This document shows, piece by piece, positions 18,701-28,345 of a DNA stretch of 28,345 nucleotides. The stretch lies in the NCBI GenBank assembly GCA_963843375.1, contig CAWJKT010000032.1, forward strand, positions 1-28,345, in the 5' to 3' direction. The stretch is from an uncultured Pseudomonadota bacterium (GTDB lineage Bacteria; Oederibacteriota; Muellerivitia; Muellerivitales; Muellerivitaceae). The notes beneath the pieces are model-generated. The model was not told the DNA's origin. It made no database searches and saw nothing but the letters and a program-made list of their open reading frames with translations. Both the position numbers and the translations under genes were made by a program. Position 1 is the stretch's first letter; the number at the start of each line of letters is the position of its first letter.

Positions 18701-19876
18701 GGTGTAGGTGGGACCACCGGGGTTCGGTAGACAACCATACCCGTTCGCTTCGGCCAGCCAACTGACGACGGATACACCATGGAAGGAAGTGGAAGTAAAG
18801 GGTAAAGCCCAGTTGGCATTTACCACAGGAATCTCGGTGGTCTCTGCGATAGCCCAAGCGGTCGCGCTCATGGTAACCCCGGCTTGATTGCCTCCGTCTA
18901 GCCAGGGGATAAAGCTTGTATCGAAGGCGATGCCTCCGGTGGGGGCAGTGTCGCTGCCGGTGGTGCCGGGACCGAATTCTCCGCACATGATGGCGTAAGT
19001 GGCCGCAAAAGAACCGATATTGGTGTTCCAACTGGCGGTGCTGATGCCATAATTGGTGTCATAAATATGGGTATCGTAAAGAATTCCTTCCCCGCTTCCC
19101 GTGTCCGTCAAGGCATAAGTCGGAAGTAGGTTGGTAAAGGTTTGGCAATAATTGAGACCTCCGGCAATGACAACATTGTTGGCGGTGGCGGTGGAATTAT
19201 TGGAGAGAGGCGTGCCTAACCCAGCCGCAGTCCGGACGGTGTTCAAAAGGCTTTTAAAACCCGGGGTAGTAAAACCCTCGCTGGTGGTTCCTCCATTAAG
19301 CCAAAGGGAACCTGAGGAGGGGTAAGGTTCATTGAAGAGGTCAAACAACACGGCCGGATTATTCGCATATCGGGCCGCCACGCTGGCCCAAAAAGTGGTG
19401 CTGTTGCTGTCCGGCATGGAATACTGTTGCGTGGAACTGCCCCAGTTTCCATCGCCCGACCAGTGAAGGTCCAGGATCACGTAAGCGTTGTTTTCCTCGC
19501 AGATCGTGACGATTTGATCCACTAGGTTTCGGTAGCTCCAATCATAGGTTTGCCACCTGTCCTGGCTGAGAGGAAGGCGGATGCAATTGGCCCCCCAGGT
19601 GGAAATGGCGAAAGCGACCGTGGCCGTAATTCCAGCGCTTGTGGGGCCGTCATTATTGCTGAATTCCAAACCGTCCACATCCACGCCCTTTAGGACAACG
19701 GTACAACCACCACTTGCTTCAACGATATGGTTTCCAGAGATTTTAAGTTGGGCTGATGTTGCCCATAGGGTCGCCGGAAGTGAAATTCCAGCAAGGAGGC
19801 CTAACTGAACGAATAAAAAATTCGCCCAGGAACGGCGGGGTTTGATTTGAATCGATTTTTGGAGCGTATTTTTCAT
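15710..19876 (-). CDS. Large secreted GH5 glycoside hydrolase (cellulase family): GH5, CBM11-like beta-sandwich, ~490-aa Thr-rich stalk, Ig-like domain and C-terminal sorting-like domain
   Basis: GH5 motifs [29 protein letters not shown] (acid/base), THIY and GEFG (nucleophile). The second module ([10 protein letters not shown]...ISFYV...FWIDNV) is CBM11/CIA30-like. Likely start ATG 19876 (AAGG upstream); the ORF track extends to 19915. Confidence 0.88.
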   Translation of the reverse strand: MKNTLQKSIQIKPRRSWANFLFVQLGLLAGISLPATLWATSAQLKISGNHIVEASGGCTVVLKGVDVDGLEFSNNDGPTSAGITATVAFAISTWGANCIRLPLSQDRWQTYDWSYRNLVDQIVTICEENNAYVILDLHWSGDGNWGSSTQQYSMPDSNSTTFWASVAARYANNPAVLFDLFNEPYPSSGSLWLNGGTTSEGFTTPGFKSLLNTVRTAAGLGTPLSNNSTATANNVVIAGGLNYCQTFTNLLPTYALTDTGSGEGILYDTHIYDTNYGISTASWNTNIGSFAATYAIMCGEFGPGTTGSDTAPTGGIAFDTSFIPWLDGGNQAGVTMSATAWAIAETTEIPVVNANWALPFTSTSFHGVSVVSWLAEANGYGCLPNPGGPTYTPSFTPTPASCWEVSNFTEDTFYNNTNGDWFTYDWTTASNTPVTPAMSTVSCPGGVPCSVIMDNSIAAVSPSTYSAHVTGGWACNGCVTDGGVTTYAGFALATQMNTGYSNLSWVTNISFYVQSTVAPVTLRFNLNNPNVAVAPLSWMGSLVGGGGTDNQYGFDININTANAWQFVSVPVTACECQDWGAGTCPPVIGGVTYSLSQAITWVSSLQWETEGAPSTFGFWIDNVCLAGTAPPTATPSVVASTNTFTPTPSPTFTATRTPTATSTNTGTSTSTSSPTRTSSPTPTNTVANTSSNTPTSSPTATTTNTATRTFTSSPTNSPTPTITNTLTSSATSTMTLTATATPINTTTNSPTATLTNTLTKTATATPTSTLTSTPTLTVTNSLTATSTSTSASTSTNTVTTTATGTTTNTATRTATTSPSYTPTATPTNTLTNTSTNTATSTTTRTTTATATNTATSTITLTATNTATGTATSTTTNTATPTISDTPTLSPTGTILTSTPTSTPTKTATSTATFTSTNTGTNTATDTTTMTATNTPTNTTTQTPTKTATNTTTLTPTSTLANTATNTATSTPSSTATLTTTFTATTTPTNTASSTTTLTPSSTFANTATNTASSTPTSTFAETATNTASLTPTASLPNTPINTPTSTPTNTATETRTSTPTNTLTNTVTNTTTSTFTNTFATTATQTPTATPTNTLANTATNTTTATAVYTATFTITVTGTPTQVTVQASQGTSPPSNSTQVAGASSVTIQQIQLTNPGTNVVTLSSLTLSESGVPPTGITSISLVDDGTVISTASFSGTTATFSLTSSNTIPASSGAVTYEVVVNFSSSAAAGNYAFSITSGAGSNGEPVLFANMPVGGATITIGSGSTTASATPTSTLQPGSTPVVYPNPATGTEPVTVAATTSQASDSMTVQVFTVAFREVQNNEYSTSSPGVTASVSSGSTTAKTWRIPLILSDKWGTPLASGLYYVVISNHIGYHAVTKLLLLR
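16510..17990 (-). repeat. Degenerate (T-x)n coding repeat with TNTA-type 4/8-residue periodicity inside the GH5 gene
   Basis: Thr occupies nearly every second position ([32 protein letters not shown]); GCCGTATTGGT-like words recur on the plus strand. Confidence 0.9.
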
Positions 19877-20049
19877 TATCACCTTATAAATAACGGCTTC
19901 AACCGAAAGAAACAAAAAGGTTTGTGGTTACAGGAAGTTTACCACTCTCCTTAAAAGCTTGTAAAAAACTATTAAAAATTATTTCAATCAAAAGGAAACA
20001 ACTTTCACATTAAAACAACGACTCCTGCACAAATAAGCTGGTTTTAAAT

Positions 20050-20078
20050 AAAAAAAGGCGGCCCAAGGGCCACCTTTT
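20050..20078 (-). terminator. Intrinsic terminator after dnaK
   Basis: Minus strand AAAAGGTGGCCC-TT-GGGCCGCC followed by T7, ~25 nt after the dnaK stop. Confidence 0.8.
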
Positions 20079-20103
20079 AAGACTCACTTTTTTGAATTTA
20101 AAA

Positions 20104-22044
<1,941 letters not shown>

Positions 22045-22115
22045 TTAACTCCTTTTGATTTATGCCTTTTCATCGTCATTATAAGTTTTAATTCGGCGGC
22101 TTTTTATGACTTTCG

Positions 22116-22718
22116 TCAGCTGCCAATCTTTTGATGATTCTTTGCCGTTTTTACTAGCGCTGGCCGCAAGACACGCTCATGAAGAACGTAACCGCTTTGC
22201 AGCTCTTCCAACACGGTCTCATCGGGGACTTTATCCGTTTCTTCCTGGAACATGACCTCGTGATACCGGGGATCAAATTTTTCGCCCAGGGCCTTAATCT
22301 TGGTTATCCCGTGCTTTTCAAGCAAAGACTGGAATTGCTTCAAAGTCAACTCCACACCCTGTTTCAAGACCAAAAGCCCCTTATCCGTGTCGTCTGGCGG
22401 TAAAGCGCTAAGAGCCCTTTCCAAATTATCCACGACCACCAGAAACTCCTTGAGGAGTCCGGCCTGGGAGAATTTAAGGAACTCTTCCTTTTCCTTCAAG
22501 GTGCGCTTCTTGTAATTGTCAAAGTCCGAGGCCATCCAGACAAGTTGTTCTTTTATATCGTCGTGCTTTTTTTTCCACTCTTCCAGGTCGGCCAATGTTT
22601 CCTTAGGAATAACCTGTTCGTCCGGAATTACCGAAGCGTTTCCAGCGTCGTCATAGGTTTCCGCTTGGCTGGAAAGGATCTCAATTTCGGGTTCGGGTTT
22701 TGCGTTCTTATCCGTCAT
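22116..22718 (-). CDS. grpE: Nucleotide exchange factor GrpE
   Basis: SDFDNYKKR, VVDNLERAL, FDPRYHE, GYVLHERVLRPALV; located between hrcA and dnaK. Confidence 0.96.
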   Translation of the reverse strand: MTDKNAKPEPEIEILSSQAETYDDAGNASVIPDEQVIPKETLADLEEWKKKHDDIKEQLVWMASDFDNYKKRTLKEKEEFLKFSQAGLLKEFLVVVDNLERALSALPPDDTDKGLLVLKQGVELTLKQFQSLLEKHGITKIKALGEKFDPRYHEVMFQEETDKVPDETVLEELQSGYVLHERVLRPALVKTAKNHQKIGS

Positions 22719-22722
22719 CTCA

Positions 22723-23757
22723 TTATTCTCCTCGAATCAAAAGGGCGGTTTCCAATTGCTGGGCCATATGGCTCACCAATCCCGCCACTCGGTCGTAGGC
22801 CATCCGGGTTGGCCCCAAGACTCCTAAAGCGCCCACCACCTGTCCCTGGTAGTAATAAGGTATATGGACAAACGAGAAACTTCGCAAGGAGGCTTGCGAA
22901 AATTCCCGGCCAATTTCAACCGCCAGCCCCGGCTTGGCCCATTGACGGCCCAAGATTTGGGCAAGGGATTGTTTATCCTCCACCAAACGGACAACCTGTT
23001 CCATCATTTGATAATTATGAAACTCCGGTTGTTCGGTCAAATAGGAAGCTCCTTCCAGATGGACTTCCCCACCATCAAACTGGAGGGCCCCTTCGATCAA
23101 TTTGAGAGCCGTTTCTATAATATTAAGTTTGGTTTTTTTCACCGACTCGGCTTCCTTCAGAAGGCTTTCCCGGATTTGGGTCAGAGTCATCCCGCTAAAA
23201 CGCGAATTCAAGAGTTGAGTAATTTTGACGATTTCCCTTAACTCCACCGGACCTTCCAGCCAAACCAATTCCTCTTTCACCAGACCTTGTCCCAAAACCA
23301 GGATGACCATAACCTTTTTGGTGTCGATGGCCACGATTTTAAAATGGTCCAGGGAAATTTCCTGGGGCACGTGGAAAACCGCTAGTCCGGCCAGGCGGGT
23401 CATGGCCGAGAGTATCTTGGCGGTATGGCGCATGAGGATTTCCACCGCTTCCTTGGACTTTTGGTATTCCTGTTCGATCTGGTTTTTTTCCTTCAGGTTC
23501 AAGGCCCGGGCCTGCATGAGACGGTCGACATAAAAACGATAGCCCGAATCGATGGGGATTCGACCCGCCGAAGTATGGGGGTGGGTGAGGTATCCCCTCT
23601 TTTCCAAGTCCACCATGACGTTTCGAATGGTGGCCGAAGAGACGTCCATTTTTTCGGCGATTAATTGGGACCCCACCGGCTTGGCCGTGGCTACATATTG
23701 GTGAATGACGGAGGAAAGCACGCTTTCTTCACGTTCGTGTAAGGGTTCAAAAACCAT
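22723..23757 (-). CDS. hrcA: Heat-inducible transcription repressor HrcA
   Basis: PVGS, SSATIRNVM.DLE..GYL.HPHTSAGRIP...GYRFYVD and LGVLGPTRMAY. ATG 23757 has AAGGAG 9 nt upstream (the ORF track uses TTG 23766). Confidence 0.96.
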   Translation of the reverse strand: MVFEPLHEREESVLSSVIHQYVATAKPVGSQLIAEKMDVSSATIRNVMVDLEKRGYLTHPHTSAGRIPIDSGYRFYVDRLMQARALNLKEKNQIEQEYQKSKEAVEILMRHTAKILSAMTRLAGLAVFHVPQEISLDHFKIVAIDTKKVMVILVLGQGLVKEELVWLEGPVELREIVKITQLLNSRFSGMTLTQIRESLLKEAESVKKTKLNIIETALKLIEGALQFDGGEVHLEGASYLTEQPEFHNYQMMEQVVRLVEDKQSLAQILGRQWAKPGLAVEIGREFSQASLRSFSFVHIPYYYQGQVVGALGVLGPTRMAYDRVAGLVSHMAQQLETALLIRGE

Positions 23758-23789
23758 AAAACTCAACTCCTTCGGGGTTCAAGCCCATC

Positions 23790-23817
23790 ATAATAAGTAG
23801 GTAAAAAGGAAAGTCAA
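23790..23817 (-). promoter_or_regulatory. Sigma70-type promoter for hrcA-grpE-dnaK
   Basis: TTGACT (23817-23812), 16-nt spacer, TATTAT (23795-23790). Confidence 0.55.
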
Positions 23818-23844
23818 CGCTCGAGAGGATAGGTTTTAACCCGG

Positions 23845-24954
23845 TTATGCGGCAAAAGTTTCTAAAATACCGTTTAAAATGAAGTAACCTTTAGGGGTCA
23901 CCCTATATCGTCCATTATCAAAGATTAGAAAACCTTCCTTTAATAAACGTTTAAACCTCGCGTTTTTGGAAAAATCCATAGAGTTCACGAAACGATCCGC
24001 TTCTTCTTTCTCCACGCCCTCCCGGGTCCGCAACCCCAGCATTAACTTTTCCCACTGGCGGGCGGTATCGGAAAGCGGCTCCTTTTGAAGGACAACTCCG
24101 CCCTTTTGAACCTGATCTATGTATTCCATCAAGTCATCCCCATGGCTATATCGCACACCTCCCACGGTTCCCACCGCGGATAACCCGAAACCCCAATAAT
24201 CCTCCCCACGCCAGATGTTCCAGTTGTGGCGGCAGGTTTTGCCGGGCTTAGCGAAATTGGATACCTCATATTGTTCGAAACCATATTGAACAAGAAACTC
24301 CTGTGCCCAGACATATTCATCGGCCACTTCATCTTCACTTGGAATCGGCAACCCCTCAAGGACTTGCTTTGCAAGGGTTGTCCCTTCCTCCACTTGGAGG
24401 GCGTAAAGAGAAAGGTGGTCAGGATTCAATGACACAGCCTTTCGGAGGGATTCCTGGAACATACCTAAAGTTTGGCCAGATAAACCGAACATGAGATCAA
24501 GATTAATATTGTCAAACCCCGCTTGGCGAGCTTCGGCGAACGCCCTCTCGACTCGATCCCATTCGTGTCCCCGGCCCAATTTCTTCAGGATTTCCTTTTG
24601 AAAAGCCTGAGCTCCAAAGCTGATCCGGTTTATACCAAGACTTCGATAACTTTGGAGTCTTTCACCATCTACCGTTTCGGGATTGGCTTCCATTGAGATT
24701 TCAACCGAACGATTAAAATCCGCTTTCGACTGGAGAGCACTCAAAATTTGCTTTAGCTTCCGCGGTAACAGCAAGGAAGGTGTTCCCCCGCCAAAATAAA
24801 TAGTTTCCAACGAATCGGTTAGGGGGGATGCGGTGATCTCCTGACAAAGAGCGTCCACATAGGCGGACATTTTGCCTTCCTGTCCTGCGAAAGAAGTGAA
24901 ATCGCAGTAACTGCAAATCGAAGTGCAAAACGGGATATGAAGGTAAGCGTTCAA
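23845..24954 (-). CDS. hemW: Radical SAM heme chaperone HemW (HemN-like)
   Basis: YLHIPFCTSICSYCDF (CxxxCxxC), YFGGGTPS, EANP, YEVSNF and HN; position between lepA/lepB and hrcA. TTG start with GAGGTG upstream. Confidence 0.9.
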   Translation of the reverse strand: MNAYLHIPFCTSICSYCDFTSFAGQEGKMSAYVDALCQEITASPLTDSLETIYFGGGTPSLLLPRKLKQILSALQSKADFNRSVEISMEANPETVDGERLQSYRSLGINRISFGAQAFQKEILKKLGRGHEWDRVERAFAEARQAGFDNINLDLMFGLSGQTLGMFQESLRKAVSLNPDHLSLYALQVEEGTTLAKQVLEGLPIPSEDEVADEYVWAQEFLVQYGFEQYEVSNFAKPGKTCRHNWNIWRGEDYWGFGLSAVGTVGGVRYSHGDDLMEYIDQVQKGGVVLQKEPLSDTARQWEKLMLGLRTREGVEKEEADRFVNSMDFSKNARFKRLLKEGFLIFDNGRYRVTPKGYFILNGILETFAA

Positions 24955-25002
24955 GTTAACACCTCAAAAACATTACTGTTGGATGATCCCTTTTGATGGG
25001 GC

Positions 25003-25719
25003 TCAACGAACGAAATGAAACATCCGGCGGAAATCAGGAATAAAATCGTTGCTGTGCCAGTAAACAAACCAGGCCTTGCCCTTGATCATCTTCTCGTCCA
25101 ATTGCCCCCAATAACGGGAGTCGTAACTATTGTCCCGGTTATCCCCCATCATGAAGTAATGGCCGGGTTGAATAGTCACGGGCCCAAAGTTAACTTTGAC
25201 GGAGTCCGGTCCATCCTGTGCCAGAGCCATCATGGGCGTCATGATATGTTTGACATAGGGCTCCGTTTGTTTTTCGCCGTTGATATAAAGCTCGGCGTTT
25301 CTCAACTCCAGCACGTCCCCCGGCGTCCCCATACAACGTTTGATGAAATCCTTCGAAGGGTCCTCTGGAAAAACAAAAACCACGATGTCTTTCCTTTTGG
25401 GTTTCTCGAACTCCAGGAACCGTGATGTTTTGTTCAAGAAGGAATAGCCGTATTCGAATTTATTGACCAGGATGTAATCTCCCACCAAAAGCGTGTCTTC
25501 CATGGAACCGGAGGGAATAGTGAATGGCTGGATCAGGACCGCCTTCAAGGACAGCGCCACGGCCATGGCGATCCAAAATGAATCAATGGTTTCCACAACG
25601 TTCGCGTAAGCGGGGTTTTTGCGGAAGGAAGGTACCACCCACCGGATCACGATTTGGACCAGCGTAAAGACCCCAAATAGGATCCAAAGAATTGAATTCA
25701 AATTTTCCATAATATTCAT
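25003..25719 (-). CDS. lepB: Signal peptidase I
   Basis: IPSGSMEDTL (catalytic Ser), DFIKRC (catalytic Lys), MGDNRDNSYDSRYWG and two N-terminal hydrophobic segments. Confidence 0.96.
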   Translation of the reverse strand: MNIMENLNSILWILFGVFTLVQIVIRWVVPSFRKNPAYANVVETIDSFWIAMAVALSLKAVLIQPFTIPSGSMEDTLLVGDYILVNKFEYGYSFLNKTSRFLEFEKPKRKDIVVFVFPEDPSKDFIKRCMGTPGDVLELRNAELYINGEKQTEPYVKHIMTPMMALAQDGPDSVKVNFGPVTIQPGHYFMMGDNRDNSYDSRYWGQLDEKMIKGKAWFVYWHSNDFIPDFRRMFHFVR

Positions 25720-25830
25720 TCGTTTCTCCCAGAACTAAATTGGATCACAGAGGCCTCAAAGTATGGCAAAATCAAGTCGGGATTTTGCGTTTTCTTTTAC
25801 TCCGTTTAACTCCGTTGTAAAAGGCTCTTT

Positions 25831-27629
25831 CTATCCCTCAACCTTTAACACCGCCATGAAAGCTTCCTGTGGTATTTCGACGCTCCCAATGGACTTCATG
25901 CGCTTCTTACCTTCTTTTTGTTTCTCTAAAAGCTTGCGTTTACGGGAAATATCGCCTCCGTAGCACTTGGCCAAAACGTCCTTCCGGCGGGCCCTGACCG
26001 TTTCCCGTGCGATGATTTTACCCCCGATAGCGGCCTGTATGGGCACCTCGAAAAGCTGCTGCGGGATGATTTCCTTCAGCTTTTCGGCGATTCCACGGCC
26101 CCGAATCTCAGCCTTATCCCGGTGCACCATGAAAGAAAGGGCATCTACCGGCTCGTTGTTCAAGAGGATATCTACCTTCACGACTTCCCCCACCTTGTAA
26201 CCAATAGGCTCGTAATCCAGCGAGGCGTAACCTTTGGTACAGCTTTTGAGTTTGTCAAAGAAATCCATGACCACTTCAGCCAGGGGAAGCTCATAGGTGA
26301 TTACCGCCCGGCTGGTATCAAGGAAATTCGTGTTCTTGTGTAATCCCCGCCGTTCCTGGCAAAGAGTCATAACAGCGCCAATATAATCAGCGGGCACGAT
26401 GATTTTGGCGTCAATGTAGGGTTCTTCAATTTCTTCGATTTCTGAAGGGTTTGGCAATTTGGAGGGATTATCGATGGTAAAGCTCTCCCCATTAGTTTTC
26501 CTCACTCGATAAACCACGCTGGGCGCGGTCGCGATAAGGTTGAGGTTGTATTCCCTCTCCAGCCTTTCCTGGACAATTTCCATATGGAGAAGCCCCAAAA
26601 ATCCGCACCGGAAACCAAAAGAAAGCGCCAATGAGGTTTCAGGTTCGTAAGAAAGAGCCGCGTCGGAAAGCTTGAGTTTGGACAAGGCTTCCTTTAAATG
26701 GTCATAGTCTTCCGAATTCACCGGGTAAAGCCCGCAGAAAACCATGGGTAAAACATCCTTAAAACCTGGCAAGGCCGCAGCAGTGGGGCGAATTTCATCG
26801 GTGATTGTGTCGCCTACCTTGGCGTCCCTTACTTCTTTGACATTGGCGGCCACGTACCCCACTTCGCCAGCGGCTAGGCCTTCGGTTTTTTCCATCTTGG
26901 GCTTAAAAACACCGACCTCCTCCACCTCGAAAACTTTTCCGGTGGACATAAGCTTCATTTTGCTGCCCTTGGTGATAGTACCGTTCAAAAGCCTAACAAA
27001 TACGATAACCCCCCGGTAAATATCGTACATAGAATCGAAAATGAGCCCTTTGAGTGGTTCGGAAGGTTCTCCGGCGGGAGGAGGCACCCGTCTTACGACC
27101 GCTTCCAGAATTTCCTCGATTCCCAGTCCCTCCTTGGCAGAAGCCAGGATGGCCTCTTCACCCGGAATAGCAAGCGATTCTTCCATTTGCTTCTTACATC
27201 GCTCCACGTCCGCGGCGGGCAAGTCAATTTTATTGATGACGGGAACAATAGTGAGTTTTTGGTCGAAGGCCAGAAAGGCATTGGCGAGAGTTTGAGCCTC
27301 CACGCCCTGGGAAGCGTCAATAAGAAGCAACGCTCCCTCGCAGGCCTTGAGGCTACGGGAAACCTCGTAATTGAAATCCACATGTCCCGGCGTATCAATC
27401 AGGTTCATCTCGTATTTTTGGCCGTCTTTGGCCTTGTAGAAAAACCGAACCGCCTTGGCCTTAATGGTGATGCCCCGCTCCCGCTCCAAGTCCATTTGGT
27501 CCATCAATTGGGCGCGCATTTCCCGGGGCGGGATGGCCCGGTAAACTCCAAAAGGCGGTCGGCGAGCGTGCTTTTGCCGTGGTCGATATGGGCGATAATA
27601 CAAAAATTGCGGATATGGGAAAGCGACAA
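25831..27629 (-). CDS. lepA: Elongation factor 4 (LepA); one -1 indel near the 5' end (27537-27539)
   Basis: TTG 27629 with AAGGA upstream gives [31 protein letters not shown]. Adding one G to GGG joins this to [26 protein letters not shown]...DTPGHVDF...[18 protein letters not shown]. The ORF-track N-terminus (MYYRPYRP...) is the wrong frame. Confidence 0.96.
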
Positions 27630-27666
27630 GAAAAATTTCCTTTTAATCGGTTTTTAAAGGGGGCTT

Positions 27667-27694
27667 AGTATAGCAGGATGTATTAAAAGTCCAA
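27667..27694 (-). promoter_or_regulatory. Sigma70-type promoter for lepA
   Basis: TTGGAC, 16-nt spacer ending in TGC, then TATACT (extended -10). Confidence 0.5.
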
Positions 27695-27751
27695 GGCGAG
27701 CCGTCTTCCGAAAAATCGTGCTGGCAATAATTCAAAACAGGTGATTTAAAT

Positions 27752-27786
27752 AAAAAAAGCGGCTCCCGTTAAGGAAGCCGCTTTTT
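27752..27786 (-). terminator. Intrinsic terminator (possibly bidirectional) after the right-edge gene
   Basis: Minus strand AAAAAGCGGCTTCC-TTAAC-GGGAGCCGC followed by T7; A/T tracts on both sides. Confidence 0.8.
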
Positions 27787-27798
27787 ACTTTTTAACTA

Positions 27799-28345
27799 TC
27801 AGTAAAACTCGACGTTATCAAACCAAAAGTCGGTATAGGTGGTGGCACCCTCGCCATTATCCCCGAACTTCCACAAGAGAAAAATAACTTGTTGAGGGAA
27901 TATCGCATTCGACGCAAAAGTGTCTCCCGAATCGTTACCGTAGCCGCTGTCCGCTTTAAAACTGGAGAACAGAAAACTAACCGGCTCCCAACCATCATTC
28001 ACGGCGGGATTCGTTGTCGGAAGATTGCCAGGTATCCAAAAATAGTTGTAGCAATTGGTACTAAATGGGGGCGGGACAAGTACCGCCTTGATCCGTAGTA
28101 GAAGGAACCGTATAGGCGGTCGCCAAAGCAAATCGTTTTTGAGGATTATTATCTCCGACGGTCACCCCTCCGGCCTGTGCTGTAGGGCAGGATCTTGACA
28201 TCCATCCGAATGCCCTTATAAGGGAAAGAACCGGCAGGAGGTTGAGTAATATTGTACCAATCAGAACTTGGAAGGTTTGAAGAGTCATTTTTTAAGAAAC
28301 CAAATACTTCCATGGCCGGATAGGTCGTGGGCAGGGGATCGGTTT
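27799..28345 (-). CDS. 3' part of a hypothetical protein ending in a CBM11/CIA30-like beta-sandwich; two apparent +1 indels (~28174, ~28069); 5' end outside the window
   Basis: Three frames join into TDPLPTTYPAMEVFGFLKNDSSNLPSSDWYNITQPPAGSFPYKGIRMDVKILPYST / AGGVTVGDNNPQKRFALATAYTVPSTTDQGGTCPAP / FSTNCYNYFWIPG...GWEPVSFLFSSF...DFWFDNVEFY. Ends in a TGA-TAG double stop followed by a terminator. Confidence 0.6.

Noticed and set aside
8000..19984. Shared TTAAAAATTATTT upstream of two GH genes (8000-8012 and 19972-19984)
   Set aside because: Pure A/T low-complexity word in AT-rich intergenic DNA; insufficient to call a motif.
23812..23840. Possible degenerate CIRCE upstream of hrcA
   Set aside because: The left half matches 6/9 but the right half only 3/9, and the halves are not an inverted repeat.

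Overview
Bacterial chromosomal window, almost entirely minus-strand. Two conserved housekeeping blocks are present: lepA-lepB-hemW-hrcA-grpE-dnaK, and dxr-rseP-[sucC-sucD]...ispG-proS. They are interleaved with four secreted modular glycoside hydrolases: two tandem clan GH-A paralogues with an inserted F5/8-type-C (CBM32-like) module, a GH12, and a ~1390-aa GH5 with a CBM11-like module and a ~490-aa Thr-rich stalk. All four end in the same ~90-100-aa C-terminal domain ([YF]PNP...[IV]FT[LV]AFR...A[NS]GLYY...K[LV]L), which resembles a divergent type IX secretion sorting domain, although the gene order here does not look Bacteroidota-like. Three of the four also carry a small C-x5/6-TC loop in the linker. 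Other elements are a divergent, apparently leaderless GT9 gene, LacI-type palindromes upstream of two hydrolase genes, several intrinsic terminators and a partial CBM-like gene at the right edge. Six single-base frameshifts (dnaK x3, lepA x1, right-edge gene x2) cluster in the last 7 kb and are most likely sequencing or assembly errors. No RNA genes, CRISPR arrays or mobile elements were found.
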